This document shows positions 24,074 through 38,000 of a stretch of 64,000 nt of DNA, piece by piece. The position numbers and the translations under genes are program-made. The notes beneath the pieces are model-generated. The model saw only the letters and a program-made list of their open reading frames with translations, ran no database searches and was not told the origin of the DNA. Position 1 is the first letter of the stretch; every line of letters starts with the position of its first letter. Source of the stretch: Macrostomum lignano (lineage: Eukaryota); contig NIVC01003004.1 in the NCBI GenBank assembly GCA_002269645.1, positions 62,171-126,170 on the forward strand. The letters are read 5' to 3'.

Positions 24074-27000
24074 ATGGGCTCTTGCTGTAGCCGTTGCACT
24101 AATGATGACGATGCATCCGCTGTTATTGGCGCAACTAGTGATGGATTTTTAGCTGCGGCTTCATTTCCATCGTCAGTGACACCTGTAAGTTTCCGGCCGC
24201 GCCAACAGCATGACGAAATTATTCAACAGCAAATCTTGCCGCCTGTAAAGCAGGGGTAGAGAACGCAGCTTTCAGTCGTAGTGATGAGGCATCAACAGCA
24301 CCAGACCTCTGCCAAGCCTCAGCCTCAGCCAAGTCAGTATCGAACGGACCAAAGTGCCACTTTCACTTTCCTGATTGGTTGGGAACTATGGCTACCCGAG
24401 CTTCGCGTCACCGCCATCTGCACCAGCAAAGTCGGGCACGGGATGGTGGACCTTCTTCAAGCAACAATCGGCGTAAGCTGACTGGCATTATTGAGCAAGT
24501 GAACGAATGCGCACACGTCAGTGATGCATACGAAACCGGTGTAAATGGGACAGAGTTCCTAAACAACTTGCCGGCTAAAATGTCTTCGTTACAATACTCC
24601 GGTGATGACTCTGCTTTCTGTTTACACCGGCAGCTAACGAGGGATCACGGTGCCACTAGTTCGCTTCGTCAGGAACCTGTCAGTCGAACTATTCCCTCCG
24701 AGTCCACGGATCACCAAAACAATCTTGATGGGGAGCAGCACCAAAATGGTAACCACCTTTGTCACAGTCACCACAGCTTCCATGGCGATGACGTTTACCG
24801 AATATTCGTCGAGTCTTCATGGCACGTCAAGTCGTCTATTCTTTCTCTGGTAAATTTTTCACATGTAAAATCTGTGCGAAAACTGATGACAATTTTATGC
24901 GAGATTTAGTCAACCATTAAATTTTTAGTTCGCCGCGAACTTATCTAAAAGTAGCAATGGAAACGGGGCAAAGAAACGGAAGAATGAATGGATTCAATTA
25001 TCGGGTCATTGTGGTGAGCCATGCGATTTGTTCTATGATTTTCCTGTTTTCTTTGACCCATGCACCCAGTTAGAAGAACCGCAACTCATTAGCAGCAGCA
25101 ATTGGCTATTCGAATGTTTAAATTAGTCTAGTTTGTTCGTTCGGAGCTTCTCAAAATGCATTAATCACAAGCGTTAACGGCATATTTCAAGTACACAGTC
25201 AAACAGTTACTTTTGACAATGGCCGAAATCAGTTCTTTTAACAGTAGAACTACCAAGAGGGGGGGGGGTGGAATTTCCCCCCCCCTGACAATTTTTTTCG
25301 CTGCGCCGGAACGGAGCAACGCAGGCACACGAAATTTAAGAACACGGGCTAACTTTTTGTTGCGCACCTTCTCAAACAAGAATCAAGTCGCCAGCCCTCG
25401 CCAGACGGCGTCGGGGTGATGGCTGAATGCTTGACTGACTAGCTGAGGATGTCCAGCAGTTGATTTTTGCCCACTATCGAGGCTTGATCAGCGAAACTAG
25501 AGAAATTCTTATCAGGCTGTCCATAGTCACCTGGTGTAATCTGTTGAAGGAGCCGACGGCGTCGGGATGATGACGGAATGCTTGAGAGACTAGCTGAAAA
25601 TGTCTGGCGGTTGATTCTTGCCCACTGTCGAGGCTTGATCGGCGAAACTAGAGAAATCCGCATCAGGGTGTCCATAGTCACCTGGTGCCACAGCTGTTGA
25701 GGGTCCAGAAGCTCCACTTGGGTGAAGGCTAGTGACCAACGAAGTCAGAACTGATGCAGACACATGTGTTCGACGTTCTGATGAAATTTGGAGACTTGGC
25801 AAGGCGGCACTGAGGCGCAGTGCTAATTGGCGCACAGGGGTGTACTGAATACACTAGCACTTAGCTCGTATGGGAAAAATCCGACCTTCTGGCAGAATCG
25901 TCGAATATCTCGACGGTCCGAAGGGCTGGCGACTTGATTCTTGTTTGAGAAGGTGCGCAACAAAAAGTTAGCCCGTGTTCTTAAATTTCGTGTGCCTGCG
26001 TTGCTCTGTTCCGGCGCAGCGAAAAAAATTGTCAGGGGGGGGGAATTTTTCCCCCCTTTTGGTAGTTCGACGGGCGGAAAAATGGCTTGGTATTCCTACT
26101 GTTAACTTAGCATATGAATATCATCCTGCTTCAGGCACATTTGCGGTGGCAGGCCCATGGAGCATTTGGAAGCGCAGAGACCCACGAGAAGTAAATGAGC
26201 TGCAAGCTTATAAGCTGTTGATGCAAAGCGAACAGCTGAGGCAGTTTGTGCCCATATTCTATCGCGAGGTCGAACACCGGGGAGAGTGTGAGTTAATCTG
26301 AATTATCCACGAATTATCATGCAGTATCCAAAACGAAGTTTAATCTTGCTATGTATTATAGATACTTTAGTATTAGGAACTAATGCTCAACATTAGTTTG
26401 TGTCTGTGGATGTATAGTTTAACCAAGAAGTCAAGATGTTGTTCGATAGGCCACACACAAACTGAGTTTATATGTAAATTTTGGCACTGTTCAAAGTCAC
26501 GCAATGTGATAGTTACGAAGCAAGCAGATATTCCCATTCTACTGACAACTAAGTACACACCACGCCCCCCAATGCGCACGCATTTTCGTACGCCAGTCCC
26601 GACAGAGCACTTGATCGAGCCCTGGTTTCTTTAGAGCGAGAGCCGGGGCGCGTTACCACCTGGAGCTGCTCTGCCTCTTTGATGGTCAAGAAGGAAACTA
26701 TTCTCATTAAAATAGTTCAAAGATTCGCAAGATCCGATCGACACAAGAAGTAGCCTAATGTCTTTAATCTTCCCTTGTACTAATCAATGATTCTTCTAAG
26801 CACTTCAGATCAAAGAGGGAGCTAGCAGGTGCGTATAGCCACGCCCAAAAAACAACAGATCACAGATACTTGATCGGATTTATTACATCCGTTCTATAGA
26901 TGAATCTGAATGCAGTGACTGTTTTAACAACGTGTTTTCAGTTGTCCCTGTTGGTGTCTAAAACCTATCATGTTGATTTTTTTAGTTTTGGGTTGCGCTT

Positions 27001-28241
27001 AACTCAACAATGAAGCATCTGCCAGCTATATGAATTGTGTCCTTTCAGATTTCCTTGAACTGGAAGATCTACTTCATCACTTCAAGAATCCCAGCATCAT
27101 GGATGTGAAGATGGGGAGTCGGACTTTCCTGGAGTCCGAGGTGACAAACCCAGTGCTGCGCACGGATTTGTACAAGAAGATGGTCGAGTTGGATCCCAAT
27201 GAACCAACTGCAGAAGAGAAGCAGCACCAGGCTGTGACAAAGCTGCGTTACATGCGAGTAAGTCTGTCTGCCAAGGTCAAGTTTGGGCTGAAATCAGTAA
27301 TCAAGAGTCTTTATAGCTCTTACGTATTTGTTACTACATGTATAAGCTTAAGAATCCGGAATTGTACGTATCATTTACAATGCATCAAAATCGAAGTTTA
27401 TCTATACGTAGTTGATCAGCTTTCGTGCTTCCACACTCTTGCTGGTAGACAATTCGATATTAAAATGCATGTAAAGTATATTTAATTTTTGTCAGCATTA
27501 AAACATTGAAACTTTTCAGTTTCGAGAGAAAGAGAGCACATCAATAACGTTGGGATTTCGCTTAGATGCCATTCGGGTACGTCTCTTACTGCCAGTGACA
27601 CTTATTCAGTGCGAAGAACGCCAGCTAAATCTTAGTACACTTGTACCTTTTTATTTAACAGACAAAAGACCCTAAGACCTGCGAACAGTACAGTTTACGG
27701 CTAAAGACGGCCAAAACAGAAGCTGAGGTAATTAAGCTATTTTGCGCAAACTTCCACTGTCTATGTTACTTTGTGTTGACACCTATCTGCAGTCGTTTGG
27801 TGCCTACATTTTTATACACGCAGGTCGCCGACATCATGCACTACTTCTGCGCATACAATCCGGTCATTATGCGCCAGTACGCTAGACGGCTCACAGATCT
27901 GCGTACTGTGCTGGAAGGCTCCAGCTTCTTCAAGTCTCACGAGGTCCAATGGGTTTCAAAATAGACCATAATTACGGTATACCAACCTTCAGTTTTATTT
28001 CTATCTGTAATTGTCATCTAATTTCCTATTGTAGTTGATTGGGTCGTCACTGCTCTTCCTGCACGATGAGACGCTGAAAGCGAATGCGTGGATGATCGAC
28101 TTTGCCAAAACGGTGCCACACCAGGAGCTTCGGCTGAGCCATGCGGTCGAATGGCAGCTGGGCAATCACGAGGATGGCTACCTCACCGGACTGAATAATC
28201 TTATTCGACTGCTGGACGGCATGGCGAATCAGTATGTGTGA
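24074..28241 (+). CDS. IP3K: Inositol-1,4,5-trisphosphate 3-kinase (ITPKA/B/C family). Exons: ~24074-24849 (5' part uncertain), 24929-25013, 26135-26287, 27049-27257, 27520-27576, 27662-27727, 27824-27943, 28035-28241
   Basis: [14 protein letters not shown]...[40 protein letters not shown]|[16 protein letters not shown] and [10 protein letters not shown] are IPK-family IP3K motifs. All GT-AG junctions from 24849 onward are in frame. The link to the ATG at 24074 needs a one-base correction. Confidence 0.92.
25247..26068. mobile_element. MITE with ~150-bp terminal inverted repeats in an IP3K intron
   Basis: 25247-25398 is the reverse complement of ~25922-26068 (gaactaccaa...ccagccct). Internal ~125-bp direct duplication at 25420-25690. 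No TSD recognised. Confidence 0.8.
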
Positions 28242-29091
28242 GGAGCGGCCGACATGTTGGATAAATGCGTCACCATGTGCTTAGTATAAAATTTCTAATG
28301 ATTGCTCATATGACACGCATGTCAGCTCGAAATACGCTTCCCCAACCCCAAGAACAGCCGGAACTCATACAGGCAGTCATGATTGTGCCCCTACAGACTC
28401 ACCTCTAGTAACTAATAGGTTTGTGTCTACACGGATCCAGCTGTATTATTCTTTGCTCATGAGCTTGAGAGGCATTCCAATTCCATTATTTTTTGGAAAG
28501 TAACTTTTGTAACAAATTGAAGTAACTCGACTGTATACCCTTGGATCATTATTTTCTCTGAACATTCCTGGATGTACAAGCAACGGTAATTTAAAAAAAA
28601 TTAAAGGCTAAGAAAATCGACTTTGTGATGCATTCTATTTCTACGGTTAATCTGTTTTCTTCGAATCCGACTGAATATGTATTCAAAAGATTGAAAACTC
28701 TCTGTACTGTTCTTGTGTCAATTCAGTGTCGGAAATCAATATGTACCAAAGATTCGAGACTGTTTTGCCAACAGAAAATGACTATAGTTGTTGCTGAATC
28801 GTTCAGTCCAATTCGAATTGAAGGTCAGGGTCATCACACCTAAATATGGAGCCTGTAGTCGCGAGTTTCAGGCTCTTGGTTGCGATAGTCGATCGGCTTC
28901 AGGTTGTCCCAGTTGTGGCCCTGGAATTTTATGCAACTTTTATTTAATTTTTCTAAGAATTCATCTCGTATCTTCGTAAAATTAAACGAACCGTTTCTGA
29001 AAGCACGTCTGAAAGGACATAATGTACGTTAACAGCTGTTAGTCTTTGAAACTGCGAGAACAGGCCTCAAAGGAAGTCCTTATATAAGTCC

Positions 29092-32000
29092 TTATATGCA
29101 GTACCAATGACTTGACCGTTCAGTACTTGTACAATGTATCAGCTCGTAAATTTTTTTTACGCGGTTGTTTACCGAGATTTCCACTCCAGAGGAGGAGTTG
29201 CACGACTGGTGAATACGGCCGGTGCGGTACATTGCTTCAGGGCGGCCACTTCCATGCGGCCCCATTCTATGCTCTGGTAGTTCTCTTCGATCGTTTTCTT
29301 CCTCGAAGTTTCGGCTCCATAAAGTCTGTCGAATCAAAAATGAATTATGCTTTCTTTTTTGTATAAATTCTAATTCGACCGATGAATAATAACACAGACT
29401 GATAATGATAACTCACACATTCATTTTTTTGAAGAATCGATCTAAAGTGTTGTCACTGACAATGCTCTTGCACAGTTCAAGCTGACTCTTCGGGTAGTAA
29501 AATACATAGTTCAGGCACATCTCGTTGTTGATCGTCAGGCCGCCGAGAGTGACGTTCCTACGCTTGGACGTGTCGAATGTGCAGGTGGTCACGAGAGCAT
29601 CGCCCTTGCAATTGATTATTTTGCTTATTTGCTTAATTTGAACGGTACAATTTGTCATCCTATTGAACTTCAGCCAAAATTCTAGACGCATTTATGACTA
29701 AAAATTGTATAAAACTTACCGGCAGGACACGAATTGGCTCTGGAAGCAGACGAATTTCCTGGAAATGCGGACTATAATGCTTGTCATCGTTAAGAACTCT
29801 GACAAAATGACGCGGCCTGTGATGGATTGTCTTCACACGAACCCCTGTCGTATGCGTGTGTAGCTGAGAAGCGAATATCTTGATGCCGTCCGGTGGAAGC
29901 CCCTGTCATTGAAGCCATTCATGAATCATATAAAATATAGCTGCATTATGCAAAAAGACAAAGGGTCTACAAATGTAATATTTCGGCCTTCGTATTTAGT
30001 CTTTCAGAACGTACTCTTCCGAGCCTGATTCCACTGCTTCGTGCTTAGCAAATACCTAAAATCTTTAATGTTTTCTCGGCTCAGCGGTTAACGTGTCTGA
30101 ATTTCGCATCTTGCACGGGATAATTTAAGGCTCGCGAACAAAGTTTGGCCTGCGGTGAAATTCTCGATGGCTTTCATGAGGCCGATTCATTCAACCCAGG
30201 CAGAGTGTGTACATGCCTGTCGACGAAGAGAAACTCAGGGCCACTCTAAACTCTGTGTGGCGTACTCAGGGGTCGGTGGAATGGGCATAACTAAACTACG
30301 GAACAGCAAAATACTGCGTAATATTACATTCTATACAAATCGGTAAGCTTGTCGATGAACTCCTACCTCATTTGTGCATTTCGGCAGGCAAAATCCAGTT
30401 AGTTCAAATCTGGGCTCTCCCGGCGGCACTGCGCTGTAGGGCAAATAGTCGAGCCCAAGCTCTATAATTCCGACATCGAATTTCCGCAGTCTCCGGGTGA
30501 GATAGAATCGCAGGCCGCTGCTGTCCACCAGGCCAGATTTACCTGCGGCATTGTTATAGTGCAGTTCTATCACGGCGTACTGAGTTCCGCTTCGGCCGCT
30601 TCGGCCTCCGATGGGCAAGCCAGCCTCGGACGGGTAGAAGATTCCCTGTTCATGGAGTTTGGATGCTTGTACGTCTCACAATGAAGCCTTGTACAAGGAC
30701 TACTCAAGTAACATATATATAACTTACTGTGGCGGCCAGACTACGCGACCGGCAGCACCAGTGCAGCCGCACTGGAAACCCCCCCCCTCTGTCTAGCTGA
30801 GGTGGGGTGGGTACGCGCCAAGCTAGCCGGCTCGCTAAGCCGGGGGTTGGCGTAGCCAATCACGCCATGCCACCTTTTCGCACCTCCCTTGGCCCCTCAA
30901 TCTCGCACTGTTTGTTATAATCATATAAATACACGCGCAACGCAGTGCAGAATCTTCGCTGCCACTCCATCTATTGAAACTATAAGGCCTTCCGCCTCAT
31001 TGGTGAGCCCGACTCCCAGCGCGGAACGCTGGGCCTACCTGGTCGGCCCTGTGCGGTCCTGGCAGCCAACCGCCTTGGCCGACTGCAACGGCAGCACAGC
31101 AGCACCGCAGCACCGCAGCACAGCAGCACCGCAGCACAGCAGCACCGCAGCCAGCAACCCACCGCAGCAGCAGCAGCACCGCAGCCCAGCAGCACGAATC
31201 GGCCCAGTCAGCCCGCCCCCGGTAGCTCCTGGGTCTCGCCTTTCGGCCCCCGCGTTGGACCAACCAGCGCCACACGCTGCAGCTACTTCTAGGTTAGCAC
31301 CGCTGCTGCTAGCCTAACGTCCCCAGCCTCTGTGCAAGAGCATCGATCCGGCTCACGGCGGCAACTGACTGTCGATTGCCTCTGGTGTGGTACGGCCGCG
31401 CGCCCCTGCTGCCTTCGGCGCCCACCTGGCGCCCTGCTGCCATCGGCGCCCGCCTGGCGCCCTGCTGCTATCGGCGCCCGCCTGGCGCCCTGCTGCCATC
31501 GGCGCCCGCCTGGCGCCCTGCTGCTATCGGCGCCCGCCTGGCGCCCTGCTGTCTTCGGCGCCCGCCTGGCGTTCTGCTGCCTTCGGCGCCCGCCTGGCGC
31601 CCTGCTGCCTTCGGCGCCCGCCTGGCGCCCTGCTGCCTTCGGCGCCCGCCTGGCGCCCGCCTGGTGCCCCGCCGCCTTCGGCGCCCGCCTCGCGCCCCTG
31701 CCGCCTTCGGCGCCCGCCTAGCGCCCTGCTGCTACCTTCGGCGCCCGCCTGGCGCCCTGCTGCCTTCGGCGCCCGCCCGGCACCCGCCTGGCGCCCTGCT
31801 GCCATCGGCGCCCGCTCGGCGACCTGCTGCCATCGGCGCCCGCTCGGCGACCTGCTGCCATCGGCGCTCTGCTGCCTTCGGCGCCCGCCTCGCGCCCCCG
31901 CCGCCTTCGGCGCCCGCTCCTCGGCGCTCTCGCTGCCTCGGCTACCACCCGACGTTCGGGCCTAGCTCGGTGCTGGGGGAGCTGTGTGGCGGCCAGACTA

Positions 32001-35000
32001 CGCGACCGGCAGCACCAGTGCAGCCGCACTGGAAACCCCCCCCCGCCTCTGTCTAGCTGAGGTGGGGTGGGTACGCGCCAAGCTAGCCGGCTCGCTAAGC
32101 CGGGGGGTTGGCGTAGCCAATCACGCCATGCCACCTTTTCGCACCTCCCTTGGCCCCTCAATCTGGCGTTGTTTGTTATAATCATATAAATACACGCGCA
32201 ACGCAGTGCAGAATCTTCGCTGCCACTCCATCTATTGAAACTATAAGGCCTTCCGCCTCATTACTATATATATATATAGTAACTTACAATGTAAGTTGTC
32301 CTTGGCCTTATAACTGACATTAAAGTAAAGAGATTCTTTAATGATATAGAATATTATTTATTTGGCTTGGTTTTAGGCTCTGTACATTTGATTCGCTTCA
32401 TGTTCTTTACTTTATACTCTTTTAGTAGTAGGCCAGCATTTGTAGTAGGGAAGCCCCCAGTCTCGAAGTGAACAACTTTTATCCCCGAAGCCGAGGGTGC
32501 GCTATACAGTATGTTCAAAAAGCTTTGGCTTTGTGCGATCAGATGATGAGAAAAAAGTTTCTGGCCTCCTTACCGTTGCACCCATCGCCCAGGCTCCGAT
32601 GACTTTTCTGCATGAGGTCATGCCGAGAGGCTTTGTCTCAGAGTTGCACGGCGCATCGTAATCCCTGACGGACTCTGACAGATCCTCGACGCACAGAAAT
32701 ACCTCTAGGTGATGTACCAGGCCTTCACTTCCCTTGCTGATCACCGGTTCGTACTTTGATTGGCAGTTGCGAAGCAATTTTAGATTGCAGAGTCAGCTGT
32801 ACATGTACATGTAAAGTTACAAAATCTACGTCAAACAGCAAGCTCTCACCCCGATAATGTGGTGCTGTTCGCGCATTTCAGGCAGTCGCACCACCCGACA
32901 CCAGTAGGTAGTTTCCGAAGAAGGCACCTGAACACCTGAGACGCGGACTTCCATCTGCTTCGTGTCCGGTTGGGGTGGCGGAATCGGCAGCTGGCTTTTG
33001 ATCAGCTGCACGAGGTGCTCAGACACGTCATAGTCCTGTAGCCGGTCCCACACGAAAGGACTTTTGAAGAACAGCAGGTGAGTTGTACCGCGCTGTAAAG
33101 AATGTTAGAAGCTTAACTAGCAATCTAGTGCGGCCCCCCTTCGGGGCGCCCAATAAGAACGAAGCAAAAATAGTTTATGGAAATCAATGAAAAAGCGCAT
33201 TTTCTTAAAAACTAAGTCCTTCATCACTTTTAAAAATCACCTTATTCATTTAAAATTGTCACGGACAATAATATTTGCTATGAATCTCTTTTTTTTCTAA
33301 AATTAACAAACAGACAAGAAAATATAGCTTTCACAAAGATCACAGTCATTACCCCTAAACAGAAAATAGAAAATAGAAAATAGAAAATAGCATCCCCCCA
33401 GTAGCAAGCACCCTCTTCCAAAAGTAAACAACCGCAGATAGCAAGCATCCCCTAATACTCCTAGCAAGTATCCACCCAGATAGCAAGCATCCCCTAATAC
33501 TCCTAGCAAGCATCCACCCAGATAGCAAGCATCTGCAGATAGCAAGCATCTTGCAGATAGCAAGCATCCCCAAATAGAAGCATCCCCCGGATAAAAGCAT
33601 CCACCCAGATAGCAAGCATCCCCCAAATAATGTAGAAGCATCCTTCCAGATAGCAAGCATCCTGCACATAGAAAGAATTCCTAAATAGCAAGCATCCCTG
33701 GATAGAAATATTCCTATACATGTAGCCAAACTTATCAAGCGCAGTAATCCTTGGCTATCGAGTGAAGTAATCCTTGGCTTATTAAGACCAATAATCTTTG
33801 GCTTATCGAGTGCAGTAATCCTTGGTTTATTAATAGCAATAATCCTTGGCTTCTCGAGTGCAGTAATCCTTGGTTTTCCAAGTTTAGTAATCCTTGGTTT
33901 ATTAATAGCAATAATCCTTGGCTTATCGAGTGCAGTAATCTTTGGTTTTCTAAGTGCAGTAATCCTTGGTTTATTAATAGCAATAATCATTGGCTTCTCG
34001 AGTGCAGTAATCCTTTGTTTTCCAATTGCAGTAATCCTTTGTTTTCCAATTGCAGTAATCCTTGGTTTATAAAGAGCAATAATCCTTGGCTTCTCGAGTG
34101 CAGTAATCCTTTGTTTTCCAATTGCAGTAATCCTTTGTTTTCCAATTGCAGTAATCCTTGGTTTATAAAGAGCAATAATCCTTGGCTTATCGAGTGAAGT
34201 AATCCTTGGTTTATTAATAGCAATAATCCTTGGCTTCTCGAGTGCAGTAATCCTTGGTTTATAAAGAGCAATAATCCTTGGCTTCTCGAGTGCAGTAATC
34301 CTTTGTTTTCCAATTGCAGTAATCCTTTGTTTTCCAATTGCAGTAATCCTTGGTTTATAAAGAGCAATAATCCTTGGCTTCTCGAGTGCAGTAATCCTTT
34401 GTTTTCCAATTGCAGTAATCCTTTGTTTTCCAATTGCAGTAATCCTTGGTTTATAAAGAGCAATAATCCTTGGCTTATCGAGTGAAGTAATCCTTGGTTT
34501 ATTAATAGCAATAATCCTTGGCTTCTCGAGTGCAGTAATCCTTGGTTTATTAATAGCAATAATCCTTGGCTTCTTGAGTGCAGTAATCCTTGGTTTGCCA
34601 AGAGCAATTGTCCTTGGTTTATCGAGTGCATTAATCCTTGGTTTATTAATAGCAATAATCCTTGGCTTCTTGAGTGCATTAATCCTTGGTTTGCCAAGAG
34701 CAATTGACCTTGGTTTATCGAGTGAATTAATCCTTGGTTTATTAATAGCAATAATCCTTGGCTTATCGAGTGCAGTAATCCTTGGTTTATTAATAGCAAT
34801 AATCCTTGGCTTCTCGAGTGCAGTAATCCTTGGTTTATTAATAGCAATAATCCTTGGCTTCTTGAGTGCAGTAATCCTTGGTTTGCCAAGAGCAATTGTC
34901 CTTGGTTTATCGAGTGCATTAATCCTTGGTTTATTAATAGCAATAATCCTTGGCTTCTTGAGTGCATTAATCCTTGGTTTGCCAAGAGCAATTGACCTTG

Positions 35001-38000
35001 GTTTATCGAGTGAATTATTCCTTGGTTTATTAATAGCAATAATCCTTGGCTTATCGAGTGCAGTAATCCTTGGTTTATTAATAGCAATAATCCTTGGCTT
35101 CTCAAGTGCAGTAATCCTTGGTTTTCCAAGTTTAGTAATCCTTGGTTTATTAATAGCAATAATCCTTGGCTTATCGAGTGCAGTAATATTTGGTTTTCTA
35201 AGTTCAGTAATCCTTGGTTTATTAATAGCAATAATCCTTGGCTTCTCGAGTGCAGTAATCCTTTGTTTTCCAATTGCAGTAATCCTTGGTTTATAAAGAG
35301 CAATAATCCTTGGCTTATCGAGTGAAGTAAACCTTGGTTTATTAATAGCAATAATCCTTGGCTTATCGAGTGCAGTAATCCTTGGTTTATTAATAGCAAT
35401 AATCCTTGGCTTATCGAGTGCAGTGATCCTTTGTTTATTAATAGCAATAATCCTTGGCTTCTCGAGTGCAGTAATCCTTGGTTTTCCAAGTGCAGTAATC
35501 CTTGGTTTATTAATAGCAATAATCCTTGATTAATCAAGTGCATTAATCCTTTTTTATTAATAGCAATAATCCTTGGCTTATCGAGTGCAGTAATCCTTGG
35601 TTTTCCAAGTGCAGTAATCCTTGGTTTATTAATAGCAATAATCCTTGGCTTATCGAGTGCAGTAATCCTTGGTTTATTAACAGCAATAATCCTTGGCTTC
35701 TCGAGTGCAGTAATCCTTGGTTTATTAATAGCAATAATCCTTGGCGTCTCGAGTGCAGTAATCCTTGGTTTTCCAAGTGCAGTAATCCTTGGTTTATTAA
35801 TAGCAATAATCCTTGGCTTATCGAGTGCAGTAATCCTTGGTTTATTAATAGCAATAATCCTTGGCTTATCGAGTGCAGTAATATAAGTTTTGTTTTATTA
35901 AAGGACTAAATGTTTTAGTAAAGGACTGAATATTTAATAAAAGCTTTTAATAAAAAAATTTACACTACTACTTTTAAACTACTTAGATTCGTAACCAGGT
36001 CGCTGCATTAGCAGTCTAGCTCTTCAGCTCTAGGCTAGCTCTAATCGAAGTTATCAGTGAATTTGTACCACTTATATAATTCAACACTCACACCAAGTCA
36101 GGTAGAGTAAAAAGTCACACAAAGCAGTTATGACATAATCAATTTCTTAGGCAAGTCAGTACCAGTGTCTATGAAAGTTAACAAATGGTTACGTAATATA
36201 AATTGGGTACTGCGCTATGCTTTCACACTCAAAGCTGTGAAGCAATTCAATTGAGTGTCAAATTCAGCCAGTACACAGACGATAAATAAAGTGTATTGTG
36301 ATGCAATCCATTTTAGAATTTAGAATTCAACCAGTCAGTTTTTCTGCTAGCATTCTTACAATGCATTTCAAGTCGAAAGAGCTGCTTGACCTTTGCAAAA
36401 AGCATGTTTTTCGAATATTTAATGCCTTTAGCATTGAGCAATTTCTTAGCCACGATGCATGTACAGTCATGGGAAAATTTCTGATCGAACAGTGCAAGTT
36501 CGAACAAAATTGGTCCAGCCATTTTTTCTCTAATCGATCACATAGACACAGACAGACCATTTTTAGTATATAGGACTAGCAATCTTCGCCCCCCGTTGGG
36601 GGACATCTGTATAGAACCTCTGTTCTCTACAAGTAACAAAAAGATAGCCAAAAAAGGCCTTCACAAAAAAAACAGACAAAATACTCAAAGGAAGCAAAAA
36701 GAAATCATCCCAAGACAGCAAGCATCCCCCAGATAGCAAGCATCTTCCAGATTACAAGCAACCCCCAGATAGCAAGCATCCCCCAGATAGCAAGCATCCC
36801 CCAGATAGCAAGCATCCCCCAGATAGCAAGCATCCGCCAGATAGCAAGCATCTTCCAGATAGCAAGCATCCGCCAGATAGCAAGCATCTTCCAGATTACA
36901 AGCAACCCCCAGATAGCAAGCATCCCCCAGATAGCAAGCATCCCCCAGATAGCAAGCATCCCCCAGATAGCAAGCATCCCCCAGATAGCAAGCATCCGCC
37001 AGATAGCAGGCATCTTCCAGATTACAAGCAACCCCCAGATAGCAAGCATCCCCCAGATAGCAAGCATCCCCCAGATAGCAAGCATCCGCCAGATAGCAAG
37101 CATCCCCTACATAGATAGCATCCCCAAATAGCAAGCATCCACCAGACAATAAGTAGCTAGTGCGATAATTTCCTTAGCATTATAGTGGCTCCTTTAAAAT
37201 TCGCTTAGTTTTATGTTTGAAATTGTGTAAATTTTATGTTTGACATGGTGGCTGTTTTAAGTTCTACATGGCAACTGTTTTATGTTTGAAACGATGGCTT
37301 TTTAATGTCAGACATGGTGGCTCTTTTATGTTTGACATGGTGCCTCTTTATTGTTTGACATGGTGGCTCTTTAATGTTTAACCTGGTGGCTCTTTTATGT
37401 TTGAAACAGTGGCTCTTTTATGTTTGACACAGTGACTCTTTAATGTTCGACAAAGTGGCTATTTAATGTTTGACAAGGTGGCTTTTAAATGTTTGACATG
37501 GTGGCTCCTTAATGTTCGAGAAAGTGGCTCTTTAATGTTTTTCATGGTATAGCTCTTTTATGTTCGACATGGTGGCTCTTTTAGGTTTGACATGGTGGCT
37601 CTTTTAGGTTTGACATGGTGGCTCTTTTAGGTTTGACATGGTGGCTCTTAAATGTTTGACATGGTGGCTCTTAAATGTTTGACATGGTGGCTCTTTAATG
37701 TTCGAGATAGTGGCTCTTTAATTTTTTTCATGGTATAGCTCTTTTATGTTCGACATGGTGGCTCTTTTAGGTTTGACATGGTGGCTCTTTTATGTTCGAC
37801 ATGGTGGCTCTTTTAGGTTTGACATGGTGGCTCTTTTAGGTTTGACATGGTGGCTCTTAAATGTTTGACATGGTGGCTCTTAAATGTTTGACATGGTGAC
37901 TCTTTAATGTTTCAAATGGTGGCTCTTTAATGTTTTACGTGGTGGCTCTTAAATGTTTGACATGGTGGCTCTTAAATGTTTGACATGGTAGCTCTTTAAT

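Noticed and set aside
31332-32185. Pro/Ala/Arg-rich ORFs inside the LTR element
   Set aside because: Products of a GC-rich tandem repeat open in several frames; no gag or pol motifs.
33987-35543. 518-aa ORF (NQGLL repeats) and the antisense 240-aa hydrophobic ORF
   Set aside because: A 24-bp unit is a multiple of 3, so long ORFs arise by chance; it lies within a Helitron in an intron.
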